From NCBI GenBank assembly GCA_963737265.1, contig CAVTRY010000009.1, forward strand, positions 1 to 63,412: 63,412 nt of DNA, read 5' to 3'. Made by a program: the position numbers and the translations under genes. How positions within the stretch are numbered: the stretch's first letter is position 1; every line of letters begins with the position of its first letter. Shown piece by piece: positions 10,825 to 20,163 of this stretch. The stretch comes from an uncultured delta proteobacterium. GTDB taxonomy: Bacteria > Myxococcota_A > Polyangia > Fen-1088. The notes below the pieces were generated by a model. It was not told the DNA's origin, made no database searches, and was given only the letters and a program-made list of their open reading frames with translations.

Positions 10825-11232
10825 ATGGCCCTATTTACTTGGTCCGAAAAAATGAGCGTTGGCGTCGGCAAGATCGACAAGGAACACCAGGGACTGTTCG
10901 ATCTCATGAACCTGCTTCACGACGGCATGCTGAACGGCCGGGGCAAGGAGGTGCTGGGCCCGGTCCTCAGCAATCTCATCCAGTATACGAAGGTCCACTT
11001 TGGCAACGAGGAAACCCTGTTGCGCTTGCACAGCTACCCGCAACTAGCCGACCACCTGAAGTACCACGAGGCTTTTCGCAAGAAGGTCGGCGATTTGGAG
11101 GCCGAGTTCAAGGCCGGCACTGCGGCTCTGTCCGTATCGACGCTGGAGTTCCTGCGCGACTGGCTGTCCAAGCACATCCTCGGCGTCGATGCTCAGTACA
11201 AGCCCTTCCTCGCCGCCAAGGGCGTGAAGTAG
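10825..11232 (+). CDS. Bacteriohemerythrin (tandem paralogue)
   Basis: Same motifs: EH, HFGNEE, HLKYH, WLSKHILGVD; same 135-aa length. Confidence 0.95.
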   Translation: MALFTWSEKMSVGVGKIDKEHQGLFDLMNLLHDGMLNGRGKEVLGPVLSNLIQYTKVHFGNEETLLRLHSYPQLADHLKYHEAFRKKVGDLEAEFKAGTAALSVSTLEFLRDWLSKHILGVDAQYKPFLAAKGVK

Positions 11233-11294
11233 CCAGGGCTCGTTCGCTGCATCGGCGAAGCGGTTGCGCATCGCTTGCGCCTGCGCGGAGGGAA

Positions 11295-12179
11295 TCAGTT
11301 CGCCGTCATCGCAGAGCCCGGCGCGGCGGCCAGTCGGACGTGCAGCAGCTTTGCCGCATCCAGGGGCCGGCGGTCGCGCCAGATTTCTAGCGAGACAACC
11401 GCTGCGCCGTCGAGATTCCTTCCTGCGAGCCCAAGCGTTTGGCCTGCGCCCACCCGCTGTCCCGGCTTGACCGAGATGTCGCGCAAGCCAGTGACGATGC
11501 TGGTCATGCCGCCCGGGTGGGTGGTGACTACGGCGAACCCACCTTGCGGCAGGGGCTCAACGTGTTTGACCATGCCGGCCGCGATGGCGCGCACCGGTTC
11601 GTTGAGCCGGGCGAGCGTGTCCACGCTGTCGCGGCGAAGCTCAATCTTGGTCGGTCCATCCCGCCGCGAGCCGGGTACGTCCACCGGCGTTCCGCGCAGG
11701 GGACGGAGCAAGCGCGTCGTGCTGTCGGCCTGGCCACTCCCACCCTCGCGGTTGGTTGACCCACCATTCTTGCTCGTGGGATCGCCGCTCGCGGGCTCGC
11801 CGAGGGCCCGGTTCACCAGCGCGTTTTCCATCGTGGTGCGCTCCAAGCGCACGCGGTCGAGCTCGTTGCCGAGGGCGCTTGTTTCGTCGAGGCTGCGACG
11901 AAGCGCCACCAAGGCTAGGTCGAGTGCCCGAGCATCGTCGAGGCGGTTTTCGGGGTTGGCCGCGAAGCCCAAGGTGCGACGCCGGGCGAACCGGTAAGCC
12001 AGGAGGGCAACCTGCCGTGTGTTACTTTCGGCCGCAGCCCTTTGACCGTCGAGGATTTGCTCGCGCACGTTCAGTCGATCGAACAGCTCAACTTCCTCAG
12101 CTGCATTCTCGTTGGACGCGCCAGCCAGCGCGGTCGCTGCCGGCAGCAGGAACAAGACGAAGAAGCGCAAGCTACCCAT
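11295..12179 (-). CDS. EnvC-like murein hydrolase activator (coiled coil + degenerate M23 domain)
   Basis: Signal peptide from ATG 12179; VRAIAAG, VKPGQRVGAGQTLG, LEIW..RRPLD M23 fold lacking zinc-binding His residues; follows ftsE-ftsX. Confidence 0.8.
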   Translation of the reverse strand: MGSLRFFVLFLLPAATALAGASNENAAEEVELFDRLNVREQILDGQRAAAESNTRQVALLAYRFARRRTLGFAANPENRLDDARALDLALVALRRSLDETSALGNELDRVRLERTTMENALVNRALGEPASGDPTSKNGGSTNREGGSGQADSTTRLLRPLRGTPVDVPGSRRDGPTKIELRRDSVDTLARLNEPVRAIAAGMVKHVEPLPQGGFAVVTTHPGGMTSIVTGLRDISVKPGQRVGAGQTLGLAGRNLDGAAVVSLEIWRDRRPLDAAKLLHVRLAAAPGSAMTAN

Positions 12180-12429
12180 GCAAGCTACCCCCTGATCCCG
12201 CGACAGCCGCAGAGGGTGGCGGCCGTAGACGTGGCCGCCGTGGCCGGCGTGATCAGCGTCGGCCACGGCCACGGCCACGCCGACGACCAGGACCACGTCC
12301 ACGACCACCAAGCAGCGCTCCCCTTGGGTGCGTGGCTCGATCCTGGAAAGGCCTGTTCCTGGAGGACTCTCCGCGGCGTCGCTGCGCTTGTCGCGGGATT
12401 TCGGCTACCCATGCAAGTTACCCATGATC
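12171..12429. mobile_element. MITE-like insertion with terminal inverted repeats and flanking ~20-bp direct repeat
   Basis: GCTACCCATGCAAG(C/T)TACCC at 12171 and 12404; inverted ATCCCGCGACAnnCGCAG at ~12195 and ~12382-12399; internal GGCCAC/GACCAC hexamer repeats. Confidence 0.65.
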
Positions 12430-13323
12430 GTCGGTTTGGGGCAGCGGGGTCGCGAAGAAGCCCAGGGCGATTCCAAGCAAAACCGCGAGGCCGAGGCCGA
12501 CGGCAATTTCGGCCGAATCGAGGCGCGGCAATGGCGTCGCCGCCGCCACGCCAAGATTTGTCTCCAGTCGATGGATGAGCGGACGCCAGATGAGGGTGAG
12601 CAAGAGCGCGCCGCTGCCGCCGCCGACAAGTGCGGCCATGGCCATCCACAAACTGGAGGGCAGGCGAATTCCCGATGTCGTCTCGCCGAGTTGGACAAGA
12701 ACGGCCGCTCGCTCGCGCGCGACGTCGCGGCTGCCCAGAAACACCACTGCGAGCGCGGCGAGAGCCAGCACGGCCGCGGCGACGAGAACGCCCAGGCCCA
12801 GCTTGCGGCCGAGCCTGACCCAGACCGACAGGCGCGCGAGGCCATCGGTCATGGCATCGACTTGCGCCACGCCGGGCACTTCGCGCAGGCGCTTGGCTAG
12901 GTCGTTCGCCCGTTCGGATAGATCCGCGGCTGGTGCCAGGTTGACTTCAAGCGAACGCGGAAAATAGGCGGACTCGAGTCCATCGAGCGCAGTTGCGCCG
13001 GCGCCTATGGCCGCGGCGGAGCTCGCCAGTCGCGCAAGCGCTTGCGCGGGCTCAACCTCGGCCACTAGGGCGACGGTGGGCAAGCGGCGGAGGATCTCGG
13101 CCAGTCCGCGCGATCGATCCCGGTCGACGTCGTCGGCAAGATACACGATGACGTGGACGTTTTGGCCCACGAACGCTCCCCAGCGGTGGCTGGTTCGCGC
13201 GCTGAGGAGAGCCCCGCCAACCACCAGCGCGAGCAAGCCGAATGCGGCGGTCGCGGCAAAAACGACTCGTCGGTGGGCACTCATCTGCCGCCACGTGTAG
13301 CGGGCGATCCACATCGCCTTCAT
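12418..13323 (-). CDS. ftsX: Cell division permease FtsX-like
   Basis: N-terminal TM, VIVYL, FPRSLEV, PGVAQVD, LVQLGET..IRLP; overlaps ftsE stop. Confidence 0.8.
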   Translation of the reverse strand: MKAMWIARYTWRQMSAHRRVVFAATAAFGLLALVVGGALLSARTSHRWGAFVGQNVHVIVYLADDVDRDRSRGLAEILRRLPTVALVAEVEPAQALARLASSAAAIGAGATALDGLESAYFPRSLEVNLAPAADLSERANDLAKRLREVPGVAQVDAMTDGLARLSVWVRLGRKLGLGVLVAAAVLALAALAVVFLGSRDVARERAAVLVQLGETTSGIRLPSSLWMAMAALVGGGSGALLLTLIWRPLIHRLETNLGVAAATPLPRLDSAEIAVGLGLAVLLGIALGFFATPLPQTDDHG

Positions 13324-14126
13324 GCGGGCTCCTTGGACACCGGCACCAACCTATGCGGAGCGATGCCCGAGTCAGCGTCGTCCGTCCCCGGCCTGATGAG
13401 GTTGCGTGGTTGCTCGTCCCCGTTTGCCTGTGGCACAGGCAAGGCGGGCACCAGTCCCATGGAGGGCGCGCCTGCGATGCGACCCTGCGCGAGGTGAATC
13501 CTGCGCCCGCCGGCCAGCACCAGACCGTCGGCCAGCGCGCTGTCCGCAGTAGCGCACAAGACCGCGGCGCCCACGTCTCGGGCGGCGGTCAGAGCGCGTA
13601 TCACGGTGGCCCGAGCCTCGTCGCCAACTCCTGCCGCGGGTTCATCGGCAATCACCAACGGCGGCGGTCCGACCACCGCCCGCGCCAAGGCCACCAGCCG
13701 CCTCTGGCCCGGTGACAGCGACGCGACAGCACGATTGGCCAGGTCGCCGGCTTTGACAAGATCAAGGGCGCCCTTGGCGGACGCTTCGGCCGTCGCAGGC
13801 TTGTGCCCGCGTACCGCCAACGCCAGCATGACGTTGGCGAGCGCCGTGTCCTCGGGAATCAAACGAGGTTCGGCAGCACAGTAGCCAATGTTACGTCGAA
13901 CGAACGGCAGTGAACCCCGCTGCAACGTCGCAACGTTGCGGCCCGCGAACCACACCGTGCCGGCGTCAGGTGCGCGGGCAAGCGCTGCGATTTCGAGCAG
14001 GGCGGTCTTGCCCGAGGCTGCGCAGCCCTCGATGACGGTGAGGTCGCTGCTCGCAACCCCGAGAGTCACGGCATCGAGCACCACGCTGCCATTGCGCCGA
14101 TAGGCGACGCCTTCGAGCCAGATCAC
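13320..14126 (-). CDS. ftsE: FtsE-like ABC ATPase
   Basis: GTG 14126; GCAASGKT, LPFVRRNIG, LSPGQ, IADEP; upstream of ftsX. Confidence 0.8.
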   Translation of the reverse strand: MIWLEGVAYRRNGSVVLDAVTLGVASSDLTVIEGCAASGKTALLEIAALARAPDAGTVWFAGRNVATLQRGSLPFVRRNIGYCAAEPRLIPEDTALANVMLALAVRGHKPATAEASAKGALDLVKAGDLANRAVASLSPGQRRLVALARAVVGPPPLVIADEPAAGVGDEARATVIRALTAARDVGAAVLCATADSALADGLVLAGGRRIHLAQGRIAGAPSMGLVPALPVPQANGDEQPRNLIRPGTDDADSGIAPHRLVPVSKEPA

Positions 14127-14292
14127 GCATCGATCATAAGCGAGAAGGTTGCGGCGCGAAACTTTCTGACCAACTGATCGGACAAGCATCGACATATGGC
14201 AATGTATTGTCACTGATCTATCCACAGGCATCCGCGGGACCGAAATGGCCGAAGGAGAAGGTGATTTGGCAGATTCTCCACAGTCTCTCTAC

Positions 14293-14340
14293 ACACAATA
14301 TGTAGTGTAGTTAAATGCCACACAACACTACATATTGTGT
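14293..14340. promoter_or_regulatory. Tandem NrdR boxes
   Basis: ACACAATATGTAGTGT (14293-14308) and ACACTACATATTGTGT (14325-14340), 32 bp apart, match acaCwAtATaTwGtgt; upstream of nrdJ. Confidence 0.9.
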
Positions 14341-14346
14341 TTTTTG

Positions 14347-14375
14347 TTGACACCATCCTGTTTTGGCGACAATTT
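14347..14375 (+). promoter_or_regulatory. Candidate sigma-70 promoter of nrdJ
   Basis: Perfect TTGACA at 14347-14352 with an imperfect -10 (GACAAT/ACAATT) downstream. Confidence 0.5.
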
Positions 14376-14488
14376 TCTGCCTTGTCGCTGCAACGAGCAG
14401 AGCGTGCGCTTGTGAAACGGCGAGGCGCTTCTCCGCGGGGCAAGCTCACACGGATAGAACCACTAGGATTGTTGGAGGAGGAGTTCTG

Positions 14489-17386
14489 ATGCTAGATAAA
14501 AATGACAGTCGACGTCAACGTGGCAATCGGCCGAACGGAGTCGAATTTTCGATAAACGGGCAAGGACAAACGAACGGCACAGGTACAGCCAAAGATGGCC
14601 TTCTACGCGATTCGCGCGCTTCACGTAGCCGCACCCGGAAGGTGGCACCCGGGATGAAGATGGAGCGTTTTTTCACCCGGCCCGGCGACGACGGCTTCCG
14701 CAGTGTGGAATGGGATCTCCGCACCGCCAGCATTGTCGGCGAAGGCGGCAAGCTCGTCTTCGAACAGCGGGAAGTCGAAGTTCCCAAGGCGTGGAGTCAG
14801 ACCGCGACCAACGTGGTGGTGCAGAAGTACTTCCGCGGCCAGCTCGGTACGCCGGAGCGCGAGCGTTCGGTGCGCCAGCTCATCAGCCGCGTGGCGGACA
14901 CCATCACCGCGTGGGGCATGAAGGACGGCTACTTCGCGGATCAAGAATCCGCCGACAACTACCGCGCCGAGCTCCGCCACTTGCTGGTCGAGCAGAAGAT
15001 GTCGTTCAACTCGCCGGTGTGGTTCAACGTCGGCATCGAGGCCGAGCCCCAGTGCTCGGCCTGCTTCATCAACAGCGTGGAAGACACCATGGAGTCGATC
15101 CTCGGGCTGGCCAAGACCGAGGGCATGCTTTTCAAGTACGGCTCGGGCACCGGCACCAACCTGTCGCCGCTTCGTTCGTCGAAGGAGTTTCTGGTGGGCG
15201 GCGGAACGGCCTCGGGCCCGGTCAGCTTCATGAAAGGCTTCGACGCCTTCGCCGGCGTCATCAAGTCGGGTGGCAAGACCCGCCGCGCGGCCAAGATGGT
15301 GATTCTGAACATCGACCACCCCGACATCGAAGACTTCGTGTGGTGCAAGGCCAAGGAAGAGAAGAAGGCATGGGCGCTCATCGACTCGGGCTACGACGGC
15401 TCGTTCGACGGCGAGGCGTACAAGTCGGTCTTTTTCCAGAATTCGAACAATTCGGTGCGCGTCACCGACGAATTCATGGAAGCCGTACAAAAGGATCGCG
15501 AATGGATCACCAAGGCGATTCGCGACGGCCGCACCGTGGGCACGTTCAGGGCGCGCGAGCTGTGGCGATCGATCGCCCAGGCGGCCTGGGAGTGCGGCGA
15601 TCCGGGCTTGCAGTACGACACCACCGTCAACGGCTGGCACACCTGCTCGGGCACCGATCGCATCAACGCGTCCAATCCCTGCTCCGAATACATGTTCCTC
15701 GACGATTCGGCGTGCAACCTGGCATCGCTGAATTTGCGCAAATTTCTACGCGCCGATGGAACTTTCGAGACCGAGCCGTTCAAGAAGGCGGTCGAGCTGA
15801 CCATCCTGGCCCAGGAGATTATCGTCGGCAACGCCCGCTACCCGACCAAGGCCATCGAGGAGAATTCGCTGCGCTACCGGCCGCTTGGCTTGGGCTACGC
15901 GAACCTCGGGTCGCTGCTCATGACGCTCGGTCTGCCCTACGATTCGGCGCCGGCGCGGGCGTGGTGCGGAGCCATCACCGCGCTCATGACCGGCTGGGCC
16001 TACCGCACCTCCGCGACCATCGCGCGCGACGTGACCGGCCCCTTTGCCGGCTACCTGGAAAACGAGCAGCCGTTCCTCGGCGTGATGAAGAAGCACCGCT
16101 ATCACACCGAGCGTATCGAGGCCAACTATCTGCCCGACGAGCTCATGTCCGCGGCGCGCGGTGCTTGGGACGAGGCCATCAACATCGGCAGCGAACACGG
16201 CTACCGCAACGCCCAGGCCACCGTGCTGGCGCCCACCGGTACCATCGGCTTCATGATGGATTGCGATACCACCGGCATTGAGCCCGACATCGCTCTCATC
16301 AAGTACAAGCGGCTGGTCGGCGGCGGCATGATCAAGATCGTCAACAACACGACGGAAGAGGCCCTGGCGCGCTTGGGCTATGACGAAGATCAGCGCAAGG
16401 CCATCGTCGAGTACATCGACCGCGAGGAGACCATCGAGGGCGCGCCCGGTCTTTCCGGGGACCATCTGCCGGTGTTCGACTGCGCCTTCCGCGCCGCCAA
16501 CGGCACGCGATCCATCCACTACATGGGCCATATCCGCATGATGTCCGCGGCCCAGCCGTTCATTTCGGGTGCGATTTCCAAGACGGTCAACCAGCCGGCT
16601 GACGCCACCGTCGAGGATGTCGAGAACGCGTACATGGAAGCCTGGAAGGCGGGGCTCAAGGCCATCGCCGTCTACCGCGAAGGTTGCAAGCGCACCCAAC
16701 CGGTGTCGACCAGCAAGACCGACCCGGGGTTGCAACGGGCGCAGGCCGCCGCGACGCAGTCCCTAGTGCGGCGCAAGTTGCCCGACGAGCGCCAGTCGCT
16801 GACCCACAAGTTCTCGGTGGGCGGCCACGAAGGCTACATCCACGTCGGCCTCTACGACAGCGGCGAGCCAGGCGAGATCTTCATTCGCATGGCCAAGGAG
16901 GGCTCGACCATCTCGGGCCTGATGGACAGCTTCGCCACCGCCGTCTCGCTGGCTCTGCAGCACGGGGTGCCCCTGCGCCTGCTGGTGGACAAGTTCTCGC
17001 GCATGCGCTTCGAGCCCTCCGGTTTCACCGGCAATCCGGAAATCCCGCGCGCCACGTCGGTCATGGATTACCTGTTCCGCTGGCTGGGTTCGAAGTTTCT
17101 GCGCGCCGAATCCGAGGCCGACGGGACGGAAGAAACCAAGGATGGCGCCAAGCTTGTGGAAGAGCCCAAGCCAGCGTCGGTCGCCCAAACCGCCGGCCAA
17201 AGTGGGTCGCAGGTCGAGGTCATCGATCGCACGGCGACCAAGACGAACGGCAACGGCGCGCCGTCAATGTACGGCTTCCTGGTTCGCACGGACGCGCCAA
17301 CCTGCTCGGAATGCGGCTCGATCATGGTGCCCAACGGTAGCTGCCACAAGTGCACCAACTGCGGGACCACCAGCGGCTGTTCGTAG
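14489..17386 (+). CDS. nrdJ: Vitamin B12-dependent (class II) ribonucleotide reductase with C-terminal TSCPD/Zn-ribbon region
   Basis: FNSPVWFN, QCSACFI, SNPCSEY, ACNLASLN, APTGTI, GAISKT; GGAGGAGG RBS before ATG 14489; CSECG...CTNCG tail. Confidence 0.95.
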   Translation: MLDKNDSRRQRGNRPNGVEFSINGQGQTNGTGTAKDGLLRDSRASRSRTRKVAPGMKMERFFTRPGDDGFRSVEWDLRTASIVGEGGKLVFEQREVEVPKAWSQTATNVVVQKYFRGQLGTPERERSVRQLISRVADTITAWGMKDGYFADQESADNYRAELRHLLVEQKMSFNSPVWFNVGIEAEPQCSACFINSVEDTMESILGLAKTEGMLFKYGSGTGTNLSPLRSSKEFLVGGGTASGPVSFMKGFDAFAGVIKSGGKTRRAAKMVILNIDHPDIEDFVWCKAKEEKKAWALIDSGYDGSFDGEAYKSVFFQNSNNSVRVTDEFMEAVQKDREWITKAIRDGRTVGTFRARELWRSIAQAAWECGDPGLQYDTTVNGWHTCSGTDRINASNPCSEYMFLDDSACNLASLNLRKFLRADGTFETEPFKKAVELTILAQEIIVGNARYPTKAIEENSLRYRPLGLGYANLGSLLMTLGLPYDSAPARAWCGAITALMTGWAYRTSATIARDVTGPFAGYLENEQPFLGVMKKHRYHTERIEANYLPDELMSAARGAWDEAINIGSEHGYRNAQATVLAPTGTIGFMMDCDTTGIEPDIALIKYKRLVGGGMIKIVNNTTEEALARLGYDEDQRKAIVEYIDREETIEGAPGLSGDHLPVFDCAFRAANGTRSIHYMGHIRMMSAAQPFISGAISKTVNQPADATVEDVENAYMEAWKAGLKAIAVYREGCKRTQPVSTSKTDPGLQRAQAAATQSLVRRKLPDERQSLTHKFSVGGHEGYIHVGLYDSGEPGEIFIRMAKEGSTISGLMDSFATAVSLALQHGVPLRLLVDKFSRMRFEPSGFTGNPEIPRATSVMDYLFRWLGSKFLRAESEADGTEETKDGAKLVEEPKPASVAQTAGQSGSQVEVIDRTATKTNGNGAPSMYGFLVRTDAPTCSECGSIMVPNGSCHKCTNCGTTSGCS

Positions 17387-17438
17387 CGAGCCCGTCCCTC
17401 GGCGGAAGACAAGCTATACTTCGGGCACCAAGGTGCCC

Positions 17439-18092
17439 ATGAAGCTTCAGACACTGACCGTTGGTCCGGTTTCGTGCAATTGCGGGATCGTGGCCTGCCC
17501 GGTGACGGGTGAGGCCGCGATCATCGATCCCGGCGGCAACCCCGAACGCATCCTGGCCAAGGTCAAGGCCATGGGCGTGGTGGTTAAGTTGCTGTTGCAT
17601 ACCCACGCGCACTTCGACCACATCTTGGCCACCGCCGACGTGGCCGAAGCCACCGGCGCCTCTATTCTGCTTCACCGCAACGACCAGGCCCTCTACGAAA
17701 ACCTGCCCGGGCAAGGCCGGCTATTCGGTTTTTGGGCCAAGCGTCCGCCGGCTCCGACGCAATGGCTGGTCGGCGGCGAGACCATCGCCATCGGGCAACT
17801 GTCCGCGCAGGTTGTGCATACACCCGGGCACACGCCGGGTTCGGTGGGCTATTACTTCGGCCCCAGCGAAGCGCTGCTCTTTTCCGGGGACACCCTGTTT
17901 GCCGATTCGGTTGGGCGCACTGACCTTCCAGGTGGCTCGTACGATGACCTTGCCGCGTCGATTCGCACCAAGCTTTATGTTCTGCCGGGGCACACGCGCG
18001 TGATTCCCGGCCACGGCTCCGAGACCACTATCGGCCACGAGTGCGACTACAATCCCTTCGTGCCAGCGTACAGCGCGTCCCGAGGACGCTGA
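17439..18092 (+). CDS. MBL-fold metallo-hydrolase (glyoxalase II/YcbL-like)
   Basis: HTHAHFDH, TPGHTPGS, SGDTLF, GRTDLPGG, PGHG. Confidence 0.92.
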   Translation: MKLQTLTVGPVSCNCGIVACPVTGEAAIIDPGGNPERILAKVKAMGVVVKLLLHTHAHFDHILATADVAEATGASILLHRNDQALYENLPGQGRLFGFWAKRPPAPTQWLVGGETIAIGQLSAQVVHTPGHTPGSVGYYFGPSEALLFSGDTLFADSVGRTDLPGGSYDDLAASIRTKLYVLPGHTRVIPGHGSETTIGHECDYNPFVPAYSASRGR

Positions 18093-18133
18093 TCGACCGG
18101 ATCTAGCGCCGCCAGCGATGCTATCGTCAGGCC

Positions 18134-19561
18134 ATGGCGCGCATTCTCATCATTGACGACAACGAGACCATGCGCGAAGGCATGGCCGCCACGGTCCGCC
18201 GCATGGGACATGAGGCCCTGATCGCTTCGGGCGGCGTCGAGGGATTGACCTTGATGCGCAAGCACGCGCCCGACTTCCTCATTACCGATTTGAAGATGGA
18301 AGGCGTGGGCGGCCTGGAGGTCTTGGACGCCGCCAAGCGCATCGATGCTTCGTGCCCAGCCTTGATCGTGACCGCGTTCGGCACCGTCGAGACCGCGGTC
18401 GAGGCGATGCGGCTCGGCGCCATGGACTTTTTGCAGAAGCCGTTCGCGCCCGAGGTCCTGCGCCTGAAGGTCGAACGCGCGCTGGAAATGCGCAACGAGA
18501 AACTGTCGCGCCAGCGCGCCGAGGCCGAGGTCGAAGTCCTGCGCGCCGACGCCGCCGCCGACTACGTGCCGAGCGAAATCGTCGGGCAATCGCCGCTCAT
18601 GCGCGCCCTCTTCGAGTCCATTGCGAAGGTGGCGGCGTCGGACGTGGTGGTTCACATCGCGGGCGAGTCGGGCACCGGCAAGGAGCTGGTGGCGCGCGCT
18701 ATCCACACGCGGTCGAAGCGCGCAGGTGGCCCGTTCGTGAAGGTCAACTGCGGCGCGCTCACCGACACCCTGCTGGAGTCGGAGCTCTTCGGCCACGAGA
18801 AGGGCGCATTCACCGGCGCGATCAAACGCAAGCTCGGCCGCTTCGAGCTCGCCGACAAGGGAACCCTGTTTCTCGACGAGGTGGGCGACATGACGCCCAA
18901 CCTGCAGCTCAAGCTTTTGCGCGTGCTGCAGGAACAGCAATTCGAACGCGTGGGCGGCGAGGAGACGGTGCAAGTCGATGTCCGCGTGCTGTCCGCTACC
19001 CATCGCGACTTGAAGAAGGCGGTCGAAGAGGGAAATTTTCGCGAGGACCTATTCTATCGCCTGCACGTGATCCCCTTCCGTGTCCCGGCGCTGCGCGAGC
19101 GGCGCGAAGACATCCCACTGCTCGTCGACCATTTCATCAAGAAGCTCGGGCCGCGGGCCAACGCCCGGGTAAAGCGCATTGATGCGTCGGCGCTGGCGCG
19201 GCTTTCGACCTATGCCTGGCCCGGCAACGTGCGCGAGCTAGAAAACGCCATCGAGCAGTCGTTGGTGTTTGCCGACGGTGAGAGCATCACGCTGTCCGCC
19301 CTGCCGGCCTTTTTGCGCGAGGGCGTCGGCGACAGCACCTTGTCGATCCCAGGCGAAAACATGAGCCTACCGGAGATCCTCGACGATCTGGAACGCCAGC
19401 TGATCCAGCGTGCCTACGATCGCACGGGTGGCGTGAAAACCGAGACCGCGCGTCGCCTTGGCCTCAAGACCAGCGCGCTTTACTACAAGCTGGAAAAGTA
19501 CGGCATCGGCACCACCGCCGGTCGACAAAGCGGTTCGCCCAAACGGGACGAGGAAATCTAG
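18134..19561 (+). CDS. Sigma-54-dependent response regulator (NtrC family)
   Basis: REC domain, [30 protein letters not shown], Fis-type HTH. Confidence 0.95.
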   Translation: MARILIIDDNETMREGMAATVRRMGHEALIASGGVEGLTLMRKHAPDFLITDLKMEGVGGLEVLDAAKRIDASCPALIVTAFGTVETAVEAMRLGAMDFLQKPFAPEVLRLKVERALEMRNEKLSRQRAEAEVEVLRADAAADYVPSEIVGQSPLMRALFESIAKVAASDVVVHIAGESGTGKELVARAIHTRSKRAGGPFVKVNCGALTDTLLESELFGHEKGAFTGAIKRKLGRFELADKGTLFLDEVGDMTPNLQLKLLRVLQEQQFERVGGEETVQVDVRVLSATHRDLKKAVEEGNFREDLFYRLHVIPFRVPALRERREDIPLLVDHFIKKLGPRANARVKRIDASALARLSTYAWPGNVRELENAIEQSLVFADGESITLSALPAFLREGVGDSTLSIPGENMSLPEILDDLERQLIQRAYDRTGGVKTETARRLGLKTSALYYKLEKYGIGTTAGRQSGSPKRDEEI

Positions 19562-19597
19562 AGCTAGAGCTAAAGTAAAATCGAGAGCTCTTGGCCC

Positions 19598-19639
19598 CCG
19601 AAATCCCGCGGCAAGCGTAGCGAAGCCGCAGGGCGCCTC
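19598..19639. repeat. REP-like element related to the right end of the 12.2-12.4 kb insertion
   Basis: CCGAAATCCCGCGGCAAGCGTAGCGAAGCCGCAG is similar to the reverse complement of 12370-12404 (CCGAAATCCCGCGACAAGCGCAGCGACGCCGCGG); lies between convergent genes. Confidence 0.7.
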
Positions 19640-19736
19640 GCGCAAGGGGTAGCCCAAGGCGAAATTTTCTCGCCCAGGCGGCTGACGAAGGGTGGTCGTG
19701 GCCGTTGACGCGGGGTCGATTGCGGCCCGCCGCCGG

Positions 19737-20090
19737 CTACGGCTTCGCCGGGGGCTTGACCTTCACCTCGGTCGCGGTCTCGGGAACGAACGTGCCGTCT
19801 TCCTTGGGGCGAAAGCGAACCTCGGCCTTCACCTCGACCACCATTTGGGTCAGGACCTTGGCGATTTCGCTCTGCACGTCCAGATGATCCAACCAAGAAC
19901 GCACTTCGGACGTGATTTCGGAAGTGGCCACGCGAACCAGATCGTCCTTGGAACGCGACGCCACGTCCAGACCGGCGGCCATGGCTCGCTTCACGAGATC
20001 CGACAGTCCGCGCTCGGAGCGCTCGGGAAACGCTTCGTTGTCCGCGGACTCCCCGGCGTGCGCCGGGTCTCGCTTGCCACCGTCTGCCAT
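19737..20090 (-). CDS. Hypothetical protein (amphipathic helices, phasin-like)
   Basis: 117-aa ORF with GC-rich third positions; divergent from the ABC1 kinase. Confidence 0.65.
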   Translation of the reverse strand: MADGGKRDPAHAGESADNEAFPERSERGLSDLVKRAMAAGLDVASRSKDDLVRVATSEITSEVRSWLDHLDVQSEIAKVLTQMVVEVKAEVRFRPKEDGTFVPETATEVKVKPPAKP

Positions 20091-20163
20091 GGGGCGAGCC
20101 TAGCACAGCATCCGGCGGGCGGTGCGTGCACGGTTTCGCCGCGCGAGATATGCTGCCAGCCCC

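Noticed and set aside
12180-12311. Val/His-rich N-terminal extension of the EnvC-like ORF
   Set aside because: It is the translation of the inserted repeat element; the signal peptide begins at ATG 12179
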